The notes below the pieces were generated by a model. It searched no databases and was not told where the DNA came from. It saw nothing but the letters and a program-made list of their open reading frames with translations. Shown here piece after piece: positions 40,957-49,445 of a DNA stretch of 64,000 nucleotides. Where the stretch lies: positions 527 through 64,526 of the forward strand of contig JAGGUQ010000005.1 of assembly GCA_021158435.1 (NCBI GenBank), given 5' to 3'. This stretch comes from a bacterium (GTDB lineage: Bacteria > Patescibacteriota > Patescibacteriia > UBA2591 > MWDC01). Numbering within the stretch: the stretch's first letter is position 1; each line of letters opens with the position of its first letter. Made by a program: the position numbers and the translations under genes.

Positions 40957-41358
40957 TTAAGAAATTTCAAAAAGAATTTCCCCTCCTATCTTCCTTTTTC
41001 TTGCTTGTTTATCGGTCATCAAACCTAAAGAAGTAGAAATAACTGCCATACCAAAACCATTAAGCACAGGCTTAATTTCTTTATAAGATTTATAAACTCT
41101 TCTCCCTGGACGGCTAATTCTCTTTATTTCCTTTATTACAGGCTCCCCTTCTGCACCGTATTTTAAAATCACTTCTATATCTTTAAATATTTTATTTTTC
41201 TTAGAATTAACCACCTTAACTTTTTTTATCCATCCTTGCTCTTCTAAGAGTTTTAGTATCTCATATTTTAGCTTTGAATAAGGCACTACTACTTTTTCTT
41301 TAGAAACCAAAGTAGCATTTCTTATCCGGGTTAACATGTCAGCAATAGGGTCAGTCAT
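40957..41358 (-). CDS. rpsH: 30S ribosomal protein S8 (likely start ATG 41358)
   Basis: MTDPIADMLTRIRNA, SRPGRRVY, STSLGLMT, GGE. Confidence 0.97.
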   Translation of the reverse strand: MTDPIADMLTRIRNATLVSKEKVVVPYSKLKYEILKLLEEQGWIKKVKVVNSKKNKIFKDIEVILKYGAEGEPVIKEIKRISRPGRRVYKSYKEIKPVLNGFGMAVISTSLGLMTDKQARKRKIGGEILFEIS

Positions 41359-41388
41359 AATTTTATTAGAATATTCTACATACAACTA

Positions 41389-41985
41389 TTATTTATCTTG
41401 ATGACCTTTATTTTTCTTTTCTTTTTTAACATCCTCATTAAGCGTTTTAGAAAAGGGTACTCCTAATAGTTCTAAAAGTTTTATTCCTTCCTCTCTTGTC
41501 TTGGCAGTAGTTCTAATACTTATTCCTAATCCATGAACTAAATCAACTTTTTCTGGATCTACCTCAGGAAAAACCAACTGTTCTTTTAATCCAATTGATA
41601 AATTCCCGTCCTTATCTACAGATTTTAATGAAATTCCTCTAAAATCTTTTTTTCTAGGCAAAGTAGCAACAATCAATTTCTCTAAAAAATCATACATCCT
41701 TTTTCCTCTTAAGGTTACAAACATTCCCACTGGTATTCCTTGACGAATTTTAAATCCAGCAATTGATTTTTTTGCTAAAGCTTTAACTGGTTTTTGCCCA
41801 GTAATCAGCATCAAGCTTTTTTCTACTTTTTCAATATAACTTGCATCCTTTTCAGTTCTTGCCCGATTCAAACCAACATTAACAGTAATTGAATATAACT
41901 TAGGAACAGCTAAATTATTCTTATAGGAAAATATCTTTTTCATTTCAGGAATTACTTGCTTTTTGTACTTCTCTTCTAATCTCAT
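41389..41985 (-). CDS. rplE: 50S ribosomal protein L5
   Basis: ITGQKP..AKKSIAGFKIR, VTLRG, DFRG, EQLVFPE. Confidence 0.97.
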   Translation of the reverse strand: MRLEEKYKKQVIPEMKKIFSYKNNLAVPKLYSITVNVGLNRARTEKDASYIEKVEKSLMLITGQKPVKALAKKSIAGFKIRQGIPVGMFVTLRGKRMYDFLEKLIVATLPRKKDFRGISLKSVDKDGNLSIGLKEQLVFPEVDPEKVDLVHGLGISIRTTAKTREEGIKLLELLGVPFSKTLNEDVKKEKKNKGHQDK

Positions 41986-42005
41986 AGAAATTAAACAGTA
42001 ATAAA

Positions 42006-42317
42006 TTAATCAATTATTTCTTTACATTTTCTACACCAACGCTTTTTTTTGCCATTAGGCAAAATTTTGTAGCCAACCCTAATTGGCTGATGACAACGAG
42101 GGCAAATCAACATAACATTAGAGCAAGGAATAGGACGAGCAATTTTTATAATCTGCCCTTTTTCCCCTTGTCTCTTTGGGCGAACGTGTTTGCTGACCAA
42201 ATTTAAACCCTCAACAACCACCTTACCTTGTTTTGGCAAGGCTCTGACTATTTTCCCTTTTTTACCTTTATCTTTTCCTTGAAGTATTATAACGTGATCG
42301 TTCTTTTTTATCTTCAT
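42006..42317 (-). CDS. rplX: 50S ribosomal protein L24
   Basis: KOW motif GKDKGKKG, VEGLN, SNV. Confidence 0.97.
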   Translation of the reverse strand: MKIKKNDHVIILQGKDKGKKGKIVRALPKQGKVVVEGLNLVSKHVRPKRQGEKGQIIKIARPIPCSNVMLICPRCHQPIRVGYKILPNGKKKRWCRKCKEIID

Positions 42318-42326
42318 AAATATCTA

Positions 42327-42698
42327 TTAATAAACTTCTGGAGCTAGGGCAATAATTTTCAAATAACCTTTTTCTCTTAATTCACGAGCAACTGGCCCAA
42401 AAATACGATTTCCTTTTGGCTCTTTTGTTTCTTTGTTAATCAGAACTATAGCATTATCATCAAAGCGAATGTAAGTCCCATTCTTTCGTCTTGCTTCTTT
42501 TCTAACCCTAACCACAACTCCATGAGCAATGTCTCCTTTTTTAACACTAGTGTGAGGTATTGCTTTTTTTATAGCAACAGTCACTACATCACCTAAATAA
42601 GCATAACGCCTAAAAGAAGCACCTGGTATACGAATACACTGAGCCAACTTTGCTCCAGTATTATCAACAACATTTAACATTGTACCAACTTGAATCAT
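42327..42698 (-). CDS. rplN: 50S ribosomal protein L14
   Basis: [28 protein letters not shown]. Confidence 0.98.
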   Translation of the reverse strand: MIQVGTMLNVVDNTGAKLAQCIRIPGASFRRYAYLGDVVTVAIKKAIPHTSVKKGDIAHGVVVRVRKEARRKNGTYIRFDDNAIVLINKETKEPKGNRIFGPVARELREKGYLKIIALAPEVY

Positions 42699-42706
42699 AG
42701 TTTAAC

Positions 42707-42982
42707 TTATTGTTTTCTTTCTAAAATTTTTACTAAAGTCCACCTTTTTTGCGCTGACAAAGGACGACACTCTCTAAAAAGGACCTTATCGCCTACCTTG
42801 GTTTCATTTTTTTCATCATGAACTTTATATTTCTTTGTCACTTTATATCTTTTCTTATAAAGTGGATGCATTTTAAATCTAGCCACTGCAACGACTCTGG
42901 TTTTATCCATTTTGTCGCTAACTACAGTTCCTTCAAACATTCTCACTATTTTATTTTTTTTCTCTCCTGTTTTTTTACCCAT
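42707..42982 (-). CDS. rpsQ: 30S ribosomal protein S17
   Basis: GTVVSDKMDKT, HPLYKK, HDE, ECRPLS. Confidence 0.97.
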   Translation of the reverse strand: MGKKTGEKKNKIVRMFEGTVVSDKMDKTRVVAVARFKMHPLYKKRYKVTKKYKVHDEKNETKVGDKVLFRECRPLSAQKRWTLVKILERKQ

Positions 42983-42987
42983 AAATT

Positions 42988-43212
42988 TTATTCTTTTTTA
43001 GAAACCTCTTTATTATCAAAAAAATTTTTTGAAAGAGAAGAAAGAACTGTTAATATCCGAGCAATGTTTTTTCTGGTTTTTCTAATTTCTCGAACGTTTT
43101 TCAATTTTTTTAAAGCAGCATCAAACCTTAAACGAGAAAGCTTTTCTTTCTCTTCTCTTAATAATCTTAAGAGTTCTGTTTTTGACAAATTTTTCAACTC
43201 TTTTGCCTTCAT
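42988..43212 (-). CDS. rpmC: 50S ribosomal protein L29
   Basis: MKAKEL, LRF, IRKTRKNIARILT. Confidence 0.95.
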   Translation of the reverse strand: MKAKELKNLSKTELLRLLREEKEKLSRLRFDAALKKLKNVREIRKTRKNIARILTVLSSLSKNFFDNKEVSKKE

Positions 43213-43215
43213 AAA

Positions 43216-43629
43216 CTAATCTCTTTTAATAAAAACAGTCTTTATTGGCAATTTATGAGCAGCTAATCTTAAGGCTTCTTTAGCTAACTCCTCTCTAACT
43301 CCGCCAATCTCAAAAAGAATCCTCCCTGGCTTAACAGGAAAAACCCAATGGTCAGTTGAACCCTTGCCTCCTCCCATTCTTGCCTCACCACTTCTAGCTG
43401 TTACTGGTTTATGAGGAAATATTCTTATCCAAACCTTGCCTCCTTTTTTTAAACAATGAGCTATTGTTCGACGAGCTGACTCAATTTGACGGGCAGTAAT
43501 CCAAGCTGTTCCTAAACTTTTTAATCCATAATCACCAAAGCTAAGCTCTGTCCCACCTTTGGATATTCCTTTTTTTCTTCTTTTCCCTTTAAATACTTTT
43601 CTATGTTTTGGTTTTTTTGGTTCCAACAT
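43216..43629 (-). CDS. rplP: 50S ribosomal protein L16
   Basis: RQIESAR, WIRIFP, RMGGGKG, AHKLP. Confidence 0.98.
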   Translation of the reverse strand: MLEPKKPKHRKVFKGKRRKKGISKGGTELSFGDYGLKSLGTAWITARQIESARRTIAHCLKKGGKVWIRIFPHKPVTARSGEARMGGGKGSTDHWVFPVKPGRILFEIGGVREELAKEALRLAAHKLPIKTVFIKRD

Positions 43630-43638
43630 AATTTTAAA

Positions 43639-44283
43639 TTATTTTTCCTCTTTTCTTACTGTCCCTTTATAAATCCAAACTTTTACTCCTACACACCCAT
43701 AAGTAGTAAAAGCAACTCCTTGAGCATAATCAATATCAGAATCTATAGTATGAAGAGGCATTTTCCCGTAAATCATTTTTTCAGAACGGGCAATTTCTAT
43801 CCCATCCAAACGTCCTTTTAAAATAATTTTCCCTCCTTTTGCTTTACTTTTGCTAATTCTATCAATAATTCTTTTCATTACTCGACGATAAGGAACCCTT
43901 TTTTCCAAAGCATTAACTGCTTCTTCTACTAAAACACCAGCTGAAAGTTCTGGCTGCTTTTCTTCAAAAACAGACAGTTCTAAAACTTGATTCTTATCAA
44001 TTAAACCTTCCAATTCTTTCTTTAAATTCTGGGCACCAACACCACCACGACCAATAACTAAACCTGGTTTAGCTGTGTAAATAAAAACTTTTATGTTGTT
44101 GCCTGTACGACTAATTTCAATATTAGAAACACCTGAACCTTTTAATCTCTTAGCAAGATAATCATAAATTAACTGATCTTCTTTAAGAAGTTTTGCATAA
44201 TCCTTCCCCAAAGCAAACCATTTTGATTGCCATTCTTTTACTTTGGGTATACGAAATATTTTTGGATGCACTTTCTGTCCCAT
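43639..44283 (-). CDS. rpsC: 30S ribosomal protein S3
   Basis: MGQKVHP, KPGLVIGRGG, GRLDGIEIAR, PLHT, GVKVWI. Confidence 0.98.
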   Translation of the reverse strand: MGQKVHPKIFRIPKVKEWQSKWFALGKDYAKLLKEDQLIYDYLAKRLKGSGVSNIEISRTGNNIKVFIYTAKPGLVIGRGGVGAQNLKKELEGLIDKNQVLELSVFEEKQPELSAGVLVEEAVNALEKRVPYRRVMKRIIDRISKSKAKGGKIILKGRLDGIEIARSEKMIYGKMPLHTIDSDIDYAQGVAFTTYGCVGVKVWIYKGTVRKEEK

Positions 44284-44288
44284 AATAA

Positions 44289-44903
44289 CTACTTTTTGTT
44301 ATTCTTTTCTGATAATTTATTTTTATCTTTCTTAAAAGGCAAAATATGAAAAGATTTCTTGTCTTTTTTCTTTTTTGAAGTGGGTTTCTTTTCTTCCTTC
44401 TTAATTTTTTCTTCTTTCTTTTCTTTTTTCTCTTCTAAGCCTTTTTCCTCTACTTTCTCTTTTTTCTGCTTTTCTTTTGCTTCTAATGCTTTATGCTCTT
44501 TTTCTTCCCCTTGGCTCTTTTTTAAAAAAGCCTCTTTTTCTTTACCAGCTAAAGGGGATAAAACAACTTCTAAATGGGAAGTTCTTCGACGAATAAGAAC
44601 AGATCTCCCCATTGCCCTTGGTCTCCACCTTTTTAACATTGGACCTGGGTTAGCTACTATCTTTTTTATAAAAAGAATTTCTGGATTTAAACTAAAATTA
44701 TGTTGAGCATTAGCTATAGCTGACTTAATTAATTTCTTTAATGGACGTGAAGCTTTTTTGTTAATATTTTCTAAATAATCCAATGCCCTGCCAACTTCCA
44801 TACCTTGAATCAAAGAAGTCAAAACCCTCACCTTTTTTGGTGACATTCTCAAATACCTTAACTTAGCTTTTACTTCTACTTGTTTGCTTTCTTGTTTATC
44901 CAT
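44289..44903 (-). CDS. rplV: 50S ribosomal protein L22 with long Lys/Glu-rich C-terminal extension
   Basis: SPKKVR, SAIANA, GPMLKR..PRAMGR, RTSHL, then about 85 aa of K/E-rich tail. Confidence 0.95.
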   Translation of the reverse strand: MDKQESKQVEVKAKLRYLRMSPKKVRVLTSLIQGMEVGRALDYLENINKKASRPLKKLIKSAIANAQHNFSLNPEILFIKKIVANPGPMLKRWRPRAMGRSVLIRRRTSHLEVVLSPLAGKEKEAFLKKSQGEEKEHKALEAKEKQKKEKVEEKGLEEKKEKKEEKIKKEEKKPTSKKKKDKKSFHILPFKKDKNKLSEKNNKK

Positions 44904-44921
44904 AAAATCTTTTTACGATTA

Positions 44922-45224
44922 CTATGAAGAAGCTTTCTTTTTAGCCTCTTTTTCTAATCTTTCCTGCATTTTTCCTCCATGCTTAATAAACTTTCTAGTT
45001 GGGGCAAATTCTCCCAACTTATGGCCAATCATAGCCTCAGTAATTAAAACAGGAACATGGGTTTTACCATTATGAACTCCAATAGTAAAACCTACCATTT
45101 CTGGGACAATTGTTGAATCCCTAGACCATGTTTTAATAACAGTCTTATCTCCTGGTTTTAACCGGGAAATTTTTTTAAGTAATTTTGGATCTACCCAAAC
45201 CCCTTTTTTTAGCGACCGAGACAT
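44922..45224 (-). CDS. rpsS: 30S ribosomal protein S19
   Basis: [29 protein letters not shown]. Confidence 0.98.
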   Translation of the reverse strand: MSRSLKKGVWVDPKLLKKISRLKPGDKTVIKTWSRDSTIVPEMVGFTIGVHNGKTHVPVLITEAMIGHKLGEFAPTRKFIKHGGKMQERLEKEAKKKASS

Positions 45225-45258
45225 AATTTATTTCTTTATTTTAAATTATAAACAATTA

Positions 45259-46095
45259 TTATTTCTTTTTCTTTTTCTTTGCTCTCCTTTGAAGAATAAA
45301 TTTATTTGTCCACTTTTTTTTCTTTCTTGTTTTAACTCCTAAAGCTGGTTTGCCCCAAGGAGTTTTTGGATGCTTTAATCCAATAGGGCTATGACCTTCT
45401 CCCCCTCCATGTGGATGATCAACAGGATTCATTGCTTTTCCTCTTACTGAAGGACGAATTCCTAAATGTCTTATCCTTCCTGCTTTACCATATCTTACAT
45501 TTTTATTTTCTGGATTACTTACTGCACCAACTGTAGCCAAACATTCCTTGTTTATCTTTCTTCTTTCTCCTGAGGGCATTTTAACAATAGCATAATTACC
45601 CTCGATTCCTAAAATATAAGCAGCTGATCCAGCAGAACGAACCAATTTACCTCCTTTTAATGGTTCAAGTTCAAGGTTATGAATTGGCACACCATAGGGA
45701 ATATATTTTAAAGGCATTCTATTCCCTATCTTAGGCTCAATTTTTTTCAAAGATGAATAAATTTCTGTTTTTAAACCTATTTTATCTGGAGCTAAAATAT
45801 ACCTTTTTTCACCATCTTTGTAAACAACCAAAGCTATCCATGCTGTTCTATTTGGGTCATATTCCAAGCTTTCCACCCGTCCAGGGATATCAAATTTATT
45901 TTGATAAAAATCTACTTTTCGATAAAGCCTTTTTGCTCCACCTCCCCTATGCCTTACTGTAACTTTCCCTTGACTTCTCCCTTGTCTTTTTAATGACCCT
46001 TTTTTCAAAGATTTTGGAGCTTCAACAACAGGCTTTGGCGCTTCAACCACGCTTGCTTTACGACGAGATGGAGTTGTTGGTTTATAGTATTTCAT
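45259..46095 (-). CDS. rplB: 50S ribosomal protein L2 (likely start ATG 46095)
   Basis: YKPTTPSRR, RHRGGG, EYDPNR, VRGKAMNPVDHPHGGGEG. Confidence 0.98.
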   Translation of the reverse strand: MKYYKPTTPSRRKASVVEAPKPVVEAPKSLKKGSLKRQGRSQGKVTVRHRGGGAKRLYRKVDFYQNKFDIPGRVESLEYDPNRTAWIALVVYKDGEKRYILAPDKIGLKTEIYSSLKKIEPKIGNRMPLKYIPYGVPIHNLELEPLKGGKLVRSAGSAAYILGIEGNYAIVKMPSGERRKINKECLATVGAVSNPENKNVRYGKAGRIRHLGIRPSVRGKAMNPVDHPHGGGEGHSPIGLKHPKTPWGKPALGVKTRKKKKWTNKFILQRRAKKKKKK

Positions 46096-46230
46096 TATAT
46101 CCAAAATTAACCTTTGTGAACTGCTCTACACCTAGCGGCGTAAAGCTTCCTGCTTCAAAGTCAAGGGTATTCCCTCAACTCCACAGGCGTTGATTCCCCT
46201 AGTCCCTAGGGTATTTAAAGCTAAATTAAG
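46096..46230 (-). ncRNA. Predicted omegaRNA/reRNA; scaffold overlaps the tnpB 3' end, guide about 46115-46096
   Basis: TnpB guide RNAs derive from the IS right end plus flanking DNA; right-end hairpin and TCAC are visible. The 5' boundary is a guess. Confidence 0.55.
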
Positions 46231-47331
46231 AATGTTTCTGGCTGCATTAATGTCTCTGTCTATTCTTAAACCGCACTTAGGACATTTATGTATTCTGGTG
46301 GCTAATGTTTTTTCAACAATATTTCCGCAACCAGAACATATTTGAGATGTATTCTTGGGATTAACTCCAATAGCCCATATACCAGCTTCCTCCGCTTTGT
46401 AGATAAGCATTTGGAGAAATCTTGCCCAAGAAGCATCAGCAATCGACCTTGAAAGATATTTATTCTTGCTCATGCCTTTGATATTTAATTGCTCAAAGGC
46501 AATGAATTGAAAGTTGCTTACTAATTTATGACTTAATTTGTGAAGAAAATCTAATCTTTGATTGGTAATTTTCTCATGCAATCTGGCTAACTTTATTCTT
46601 GATTTATTTCTGTTCTTGCTTTTTAGTTTTTTTCTAGAATGCCACCTTTGAACTCTAGCCAGTTTTTCTTCTGTTTCTTTTAAATATCTAGGATTATCTA
46701 TTTTCTCCTCTTTGTCAGTAGTAAGAAAGTTATCTAATCCCAGGTCAATCCCGAGTATATTTTTATCCTTGATGTTCTTGATATTTGGCTTAACTGGCAA
46801 TTCTTGATTAATTTCTACAGCAAAACAAGCAAACCATTTGTTAGTATTTGTTCTTCTGATGATTAGGGCTTTAATATTCCCCTTAATCTCTCGATGAAGT
46901 TTGATTTTAAGAGAACCTATTTTTGAGAGATTAAGCTTGTTATTTTTTAATTCAAAACCTGATTGGGGATAAACCATGCTATCATATCGATACTTTCCTT
47001 TAAATCTGGGATAACCTGGTTTTTGCTTTTTTCCATTTTTACTCTCTTCAACTCTTTTAAAGAAATTTTGAAAAGCTTTATCTAATCTCCTAATTACATC
47101 TTGAAGGGTTTGAGAGTAAACTTGGTTTAATTCTGGCCTTTCCTTTTTAAGTTTTGGTATTTCTTTTATCTGGTCATAGCAAGAAATCTTTGTTTTATCT
47201 TTTTCATAAGCATTTCTTCTTTGTTCTAAGCAATGATTGTAAAGCCACCTACAAAGACAAAGTTGTTTTTCAAGAAGAGTTTGTTGTGTCTTAGTTGGAT
47301 ATATTCTGTATTTGTAGGTTCTGATTAACAT
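46132..47331 (-). CDS. tnpB: RNA-guided endonuclease TnpB
   Basis: YKYRIYPT, GYPRFK, RuvC-I GIDLG, RuvC-II AFEQL, Zn finger CSGC..CPKC, RuvC-III DRDINAARNI; all three acidic catalytic residues present. Confidence 0.96.
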   Translation of the reverse strand: MLIRTYKYRIYPTKTQQTLLEKQLCLCRWLYNHCLEQRRNAYEKDKTKISCYDQIKEIPKLKKERPELNQVYSQTLQDVIRRLDKAFQNFFKRVEESKNGKKQKPGYPRFKGKYRYDSMVYPQSGFELKNNKLNLSKIGSLKIKLHREIKGNIKALIIRRTNTNKWFACFAVEINQELPVKPNIKNIKDKNILGIDLGLDNFLTTDKEEKIDNPRYLKETEEKLARVQRWHSRKKLKSKNRNKSRIKLARLHEKITNQRLDFLHKLSHKLVSNFQFIAFEQLNIKGMSKNKYLSRSIADASWARFLQMLIYKAEEAGIWAIGVNPKNTSQICSGCGNIVEKTLATRIHKCPKCGLRIDRDINAARNILNLALNTLGTRGINACGVEGIPLTLKQEALRR

Positions 47332-47393
47332 ATTTGTTTTTGTTCCTTTAAGCTTATCTACAGTATAGCGGATTTTTCTTGTTTTTATGCCTC

Positions 47394-47422
47394 AGGTATA
47401 CATAACTATCATTTACTTGTCA
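47394..47422 (-). promoter_or_regulatory. Putative promoter inside the IS left end
   Basis: Minus strand TTGACA, 17 bp, TATACC upstream of tnpB; coordinates approximate. Confidence 0.5.
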
Positions 47423-47444
47423 AGAAACATTACAGGCTCTCATC

Positions 47445-47744
47445 TCATCCTTTATAAAAGTCTATTTTTTGTGTTTTTGGAATATAAACTAAAGCTTTTT
47501 TTCTCTTTTTTGTTCGACCAACGCTTCTTCCATATCTTACTGTTTTCCCTTTAAGATTAATAATCCTTATTTTCTCTGGCTGAACATTATACATTTTCTT
47601 TATTGCTTGCTTGATTAAAACTTTATTAGCCTGTGGGTGAACCCAAAAAGTATAAATATTATAATTCTGCAACTCTGTAGCTTTTTCAGTTACTACTGGT
47701 TCAATAATATACTCTGTTGGTTGTTTAGAAACTACTTTACTCAT
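47445..47744 (-). CDS. rplW: 50S ribosomal protein L23
   Basis: PVVTEKA, YTF.V..ANK..IKQAI, KKALV. Confidence 0.96.
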   Translation of the reverse strand: MSKVVSKQPTEYIIEPVVTEKATELQNYNIYTFWVHPQANKVLIKQAIKKMYNVQPEKIRIINLKGKTVRYGRSVGRTKKRKKALVYIPKTQKIDFYKG

Positions 47745-47745
47745 A

Positions 47746-48444
47746 TTATCCTAAATTAACCTTCTGTTTTTTTATTTTTTCACTTTTGTCTTGTTTCTTT
47801 TTCGAAGAAGCCAAAGGAGAATTTAACCTTTTTTCAATATCTTTAAAACCAAGAGAAGAAGACAACAAAAAATCAGCCCAAAGTATATCCTTTAAATTTA
47901 AGGTATCTGGGAAAAGGACTTTCAAATCAGCAATGTTTCTTAAAAAACGACCAAGCTTTTTTTCGCTTGGGTCCATAAAATAAATTATTTTCTTTCCTTG
48001 GCCAACAATTTTTAAAATAAAATTATAAAAATCCTTTGTTTTATTAAAATCAGGTGTTTCTAAGATAATTAATTTATTCTGCTCGATCTTGTCCTTCAAA
48101 GCTAAAGCCAAAGCCTTTTTTCTCATTTTTTTATTTATTTTCTGGGCAAAATTCCTTTGTTTTTGAGGACCAAAAACTACACCCCCTCCTTTCCACAAAG
48201 GACTACGAATAGACCCTGCTCTAGCTCGACCAGTTCCTTTTTGTCTCCATGGCTTTCTCCCACCGCCTTTTACTTCACCTCTTGTTTTAACATGAGCAAT
48301 AGGAGCCCTAGCATTAGCTAACATTCCCCTTAAAACAAAGGAAACCAAATCTTTGTCAGTCTTAGAATATACTGGTAAAATCTTAATTTTCTTTTTTTCT
48401 TTTTCCTCTGCCTTTTTATTGTAAACCTTTACTTCTAACTCCAT
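47746..48444 (-). CDS. rplD: 50S ribosomal protein L4
   Basis: KTRGEV.GGGRKPWRQKGTGRARAGSIRSPLWKGGG. Confidence 0.98.
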   Translation of the reverse strand: MELEVKVYNKKAEEKEKKKIKILPVYSKTDKDLVSFVLRGMLANARAPIAHVKTRGEVKGGGRKPWRQKGTGRARAGSIRSPLWKGGGVVFGPQKQRNFAQKINKKMRKKALALALKDKIEQNKLIILETPDFNKTKDFYNFILKIVGQGKKIIYFMDPSEKKLGRFLRNIADLKVLFPDTLNLKDILWADFLLSSSLGFKDIEKRLNSPLASSKKKQDKSEKIKKQKVNLG

Positions 48445-48456
48445 ATCCTTTTATAA

Positions 48457-48894
48457 TTATTCCTTTGAAATTATTTCAACTTTGCTTTTCACAGCTCCAG
48501 GAACTGCTCCCTTAACTAAAACTAAGCCTTTTGCTTTATCAAATTCAACTACTTCTAAATTCTTTACAGTTACTCTTTTATTTCCCATACGACCAGGCAT
48601 TTTTTTCCCTTTCCAAACTCTCTGCGGGCCAGTAGCACCTATTGATCCTGGTTCACGATGAGCATGCTTTGTTCCATGGCTTGCCGGCGCACCATGAAAT
48701 CCATACCTCTTTACTACACCTTGAAATCCTTTACCTTTAGATATACCTCTTACATCTACCTTTTTGCCTTCCTCCAACCAGGACAAGTCAATATCTTCTT
48801 TATCTTTTATAATCTGTAATTTTGTCACAGGAATCACATAGTCTTCCCTAAAGACCTGTGACATACCAAGTTTGTAAGACAAAATTTTCGCCAT
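48457..48894 (-). CDS. rplC: 50S ribosomal protein L3, internally shortened (about 145 aa)
   Basis: [50 protein letters not shown]. Confidence 0.93.
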   Translation of the reverse strand: MAKILSYKLGMSQVFREDYVIPVTKLQIIKDKEDIDLSWLEEGKKVDVRGISKGKGFQGVVKRYGFHGAPASHGTKHAHREPGSIGATGPQRVWKGKKMPGRMGNKRVTVKNLEVVEFDKAKGLVLVKGAVPGAVKSKVEIISKE

Positions 48895-48922
48895 AATCAA
48901 AAATCAGAAAAAATTTTTACTC

Positions 48923-48949
48923 AAAAAACTGGGCAACCAAAGCCCAGTT
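48923..48949 (-). terminator. Terminator/attenuator-like hairpin between rpsJ and rplC
   Basis: Minus strand AACTGGGC-TTTGGTT-GCCCAGTT-TTTT. Confidence 0.6.
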
Positions 48950-48999
48950 CGCTCTTTAAGATTTGTTCTTAAAGTTATCCTGAGGCCCTCTTGGATTTT

Positions 49000-49359
49000 C
49001 TACATCTTTATTTCAATATTCACGCTACTTGGCAAGCGGAGATTTCTTAATACCTCTATTGTTTCTGGGGTAAAGTCAGTGACATCTACTAACCTTTTAT
49101 GAATCCTCATCTCGTATTGATCTCGAGAATCCTTATGAACAAAAGTAGATTTTAAGACTGTATAAACTTTTCTTTCTGTTGGCAGAAAAATCGGTCCGCT
49201 TGTTTTTGCTCCTGAACGCTCTAATGCTTCAATAATTGTCTTGAGAACCTCATCAATAACTCTGTGGTCATAAGAGCGAATCTTAATACGGATCTTTGGT
49301 TTATCAGCATTTTCTCCTCTTTTGGAGACTTTTTTAGTTTCTTTATTCACTGTAATCAT
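49000..49359 (-). CDS. rpsJ: 30S ribosomal protein S10
   Basis: IRIKIRSYDH, GPIFLPT, HKDSRDQYEMRIHKRL. Confidence 0.97.
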   Translation of the reverse strand: MITVNKETKKVSKRGENADKPKIRIKIRSYDHRVIDEVLKTIIEALERSGAKTSGPIFLPTERKVYTVLKSTFVHKDSRDQYEMRIHKRLVDVTDFTPETIEVLRNLRLPSSVNIEIKM

Positions 49360-49445
49360 TGTAAGAAATGAACAAGATTATACTCTACCACCTTGCTGTG
49401 GTGAAAACATTATAAGGGTTATAAAGTAATAAGCAGAATATTGCC

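Larger units (their letters stand above)
46116..47453 (-). mobile_element. Non-autonomous IS200/IS605-family (IS1341-like, tnpB-only) element in the 3' end of rplW
   Basis: Right end: hairpin GCTTTACGCC-GCTA-GGTGTAGAGC then AGTTCAC ending at 46116. Left boundary inferred after TTTAT (47454) because joining the flanks restores rplW ...TAT AAA GGT TAA. No tnpA present. Confidence 0.8.

Noticed and set aside
46116-47453. IStron (group I intron-IS hybrid), Cas12f system or nuclease-dead TldR
   Set aside because: Only about 120 nt precede tnpB, too short for a group I intron; there is no CRISPR array; and the RuvC D-E-D residues are intact.
49387-49403. Hairpin ACCAC-CTTGCT-GTGGT between tuf and rpsJ
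   Set aside because: The stem is short and has no convincing U tract, too weak to call a terminator or leader RNA.
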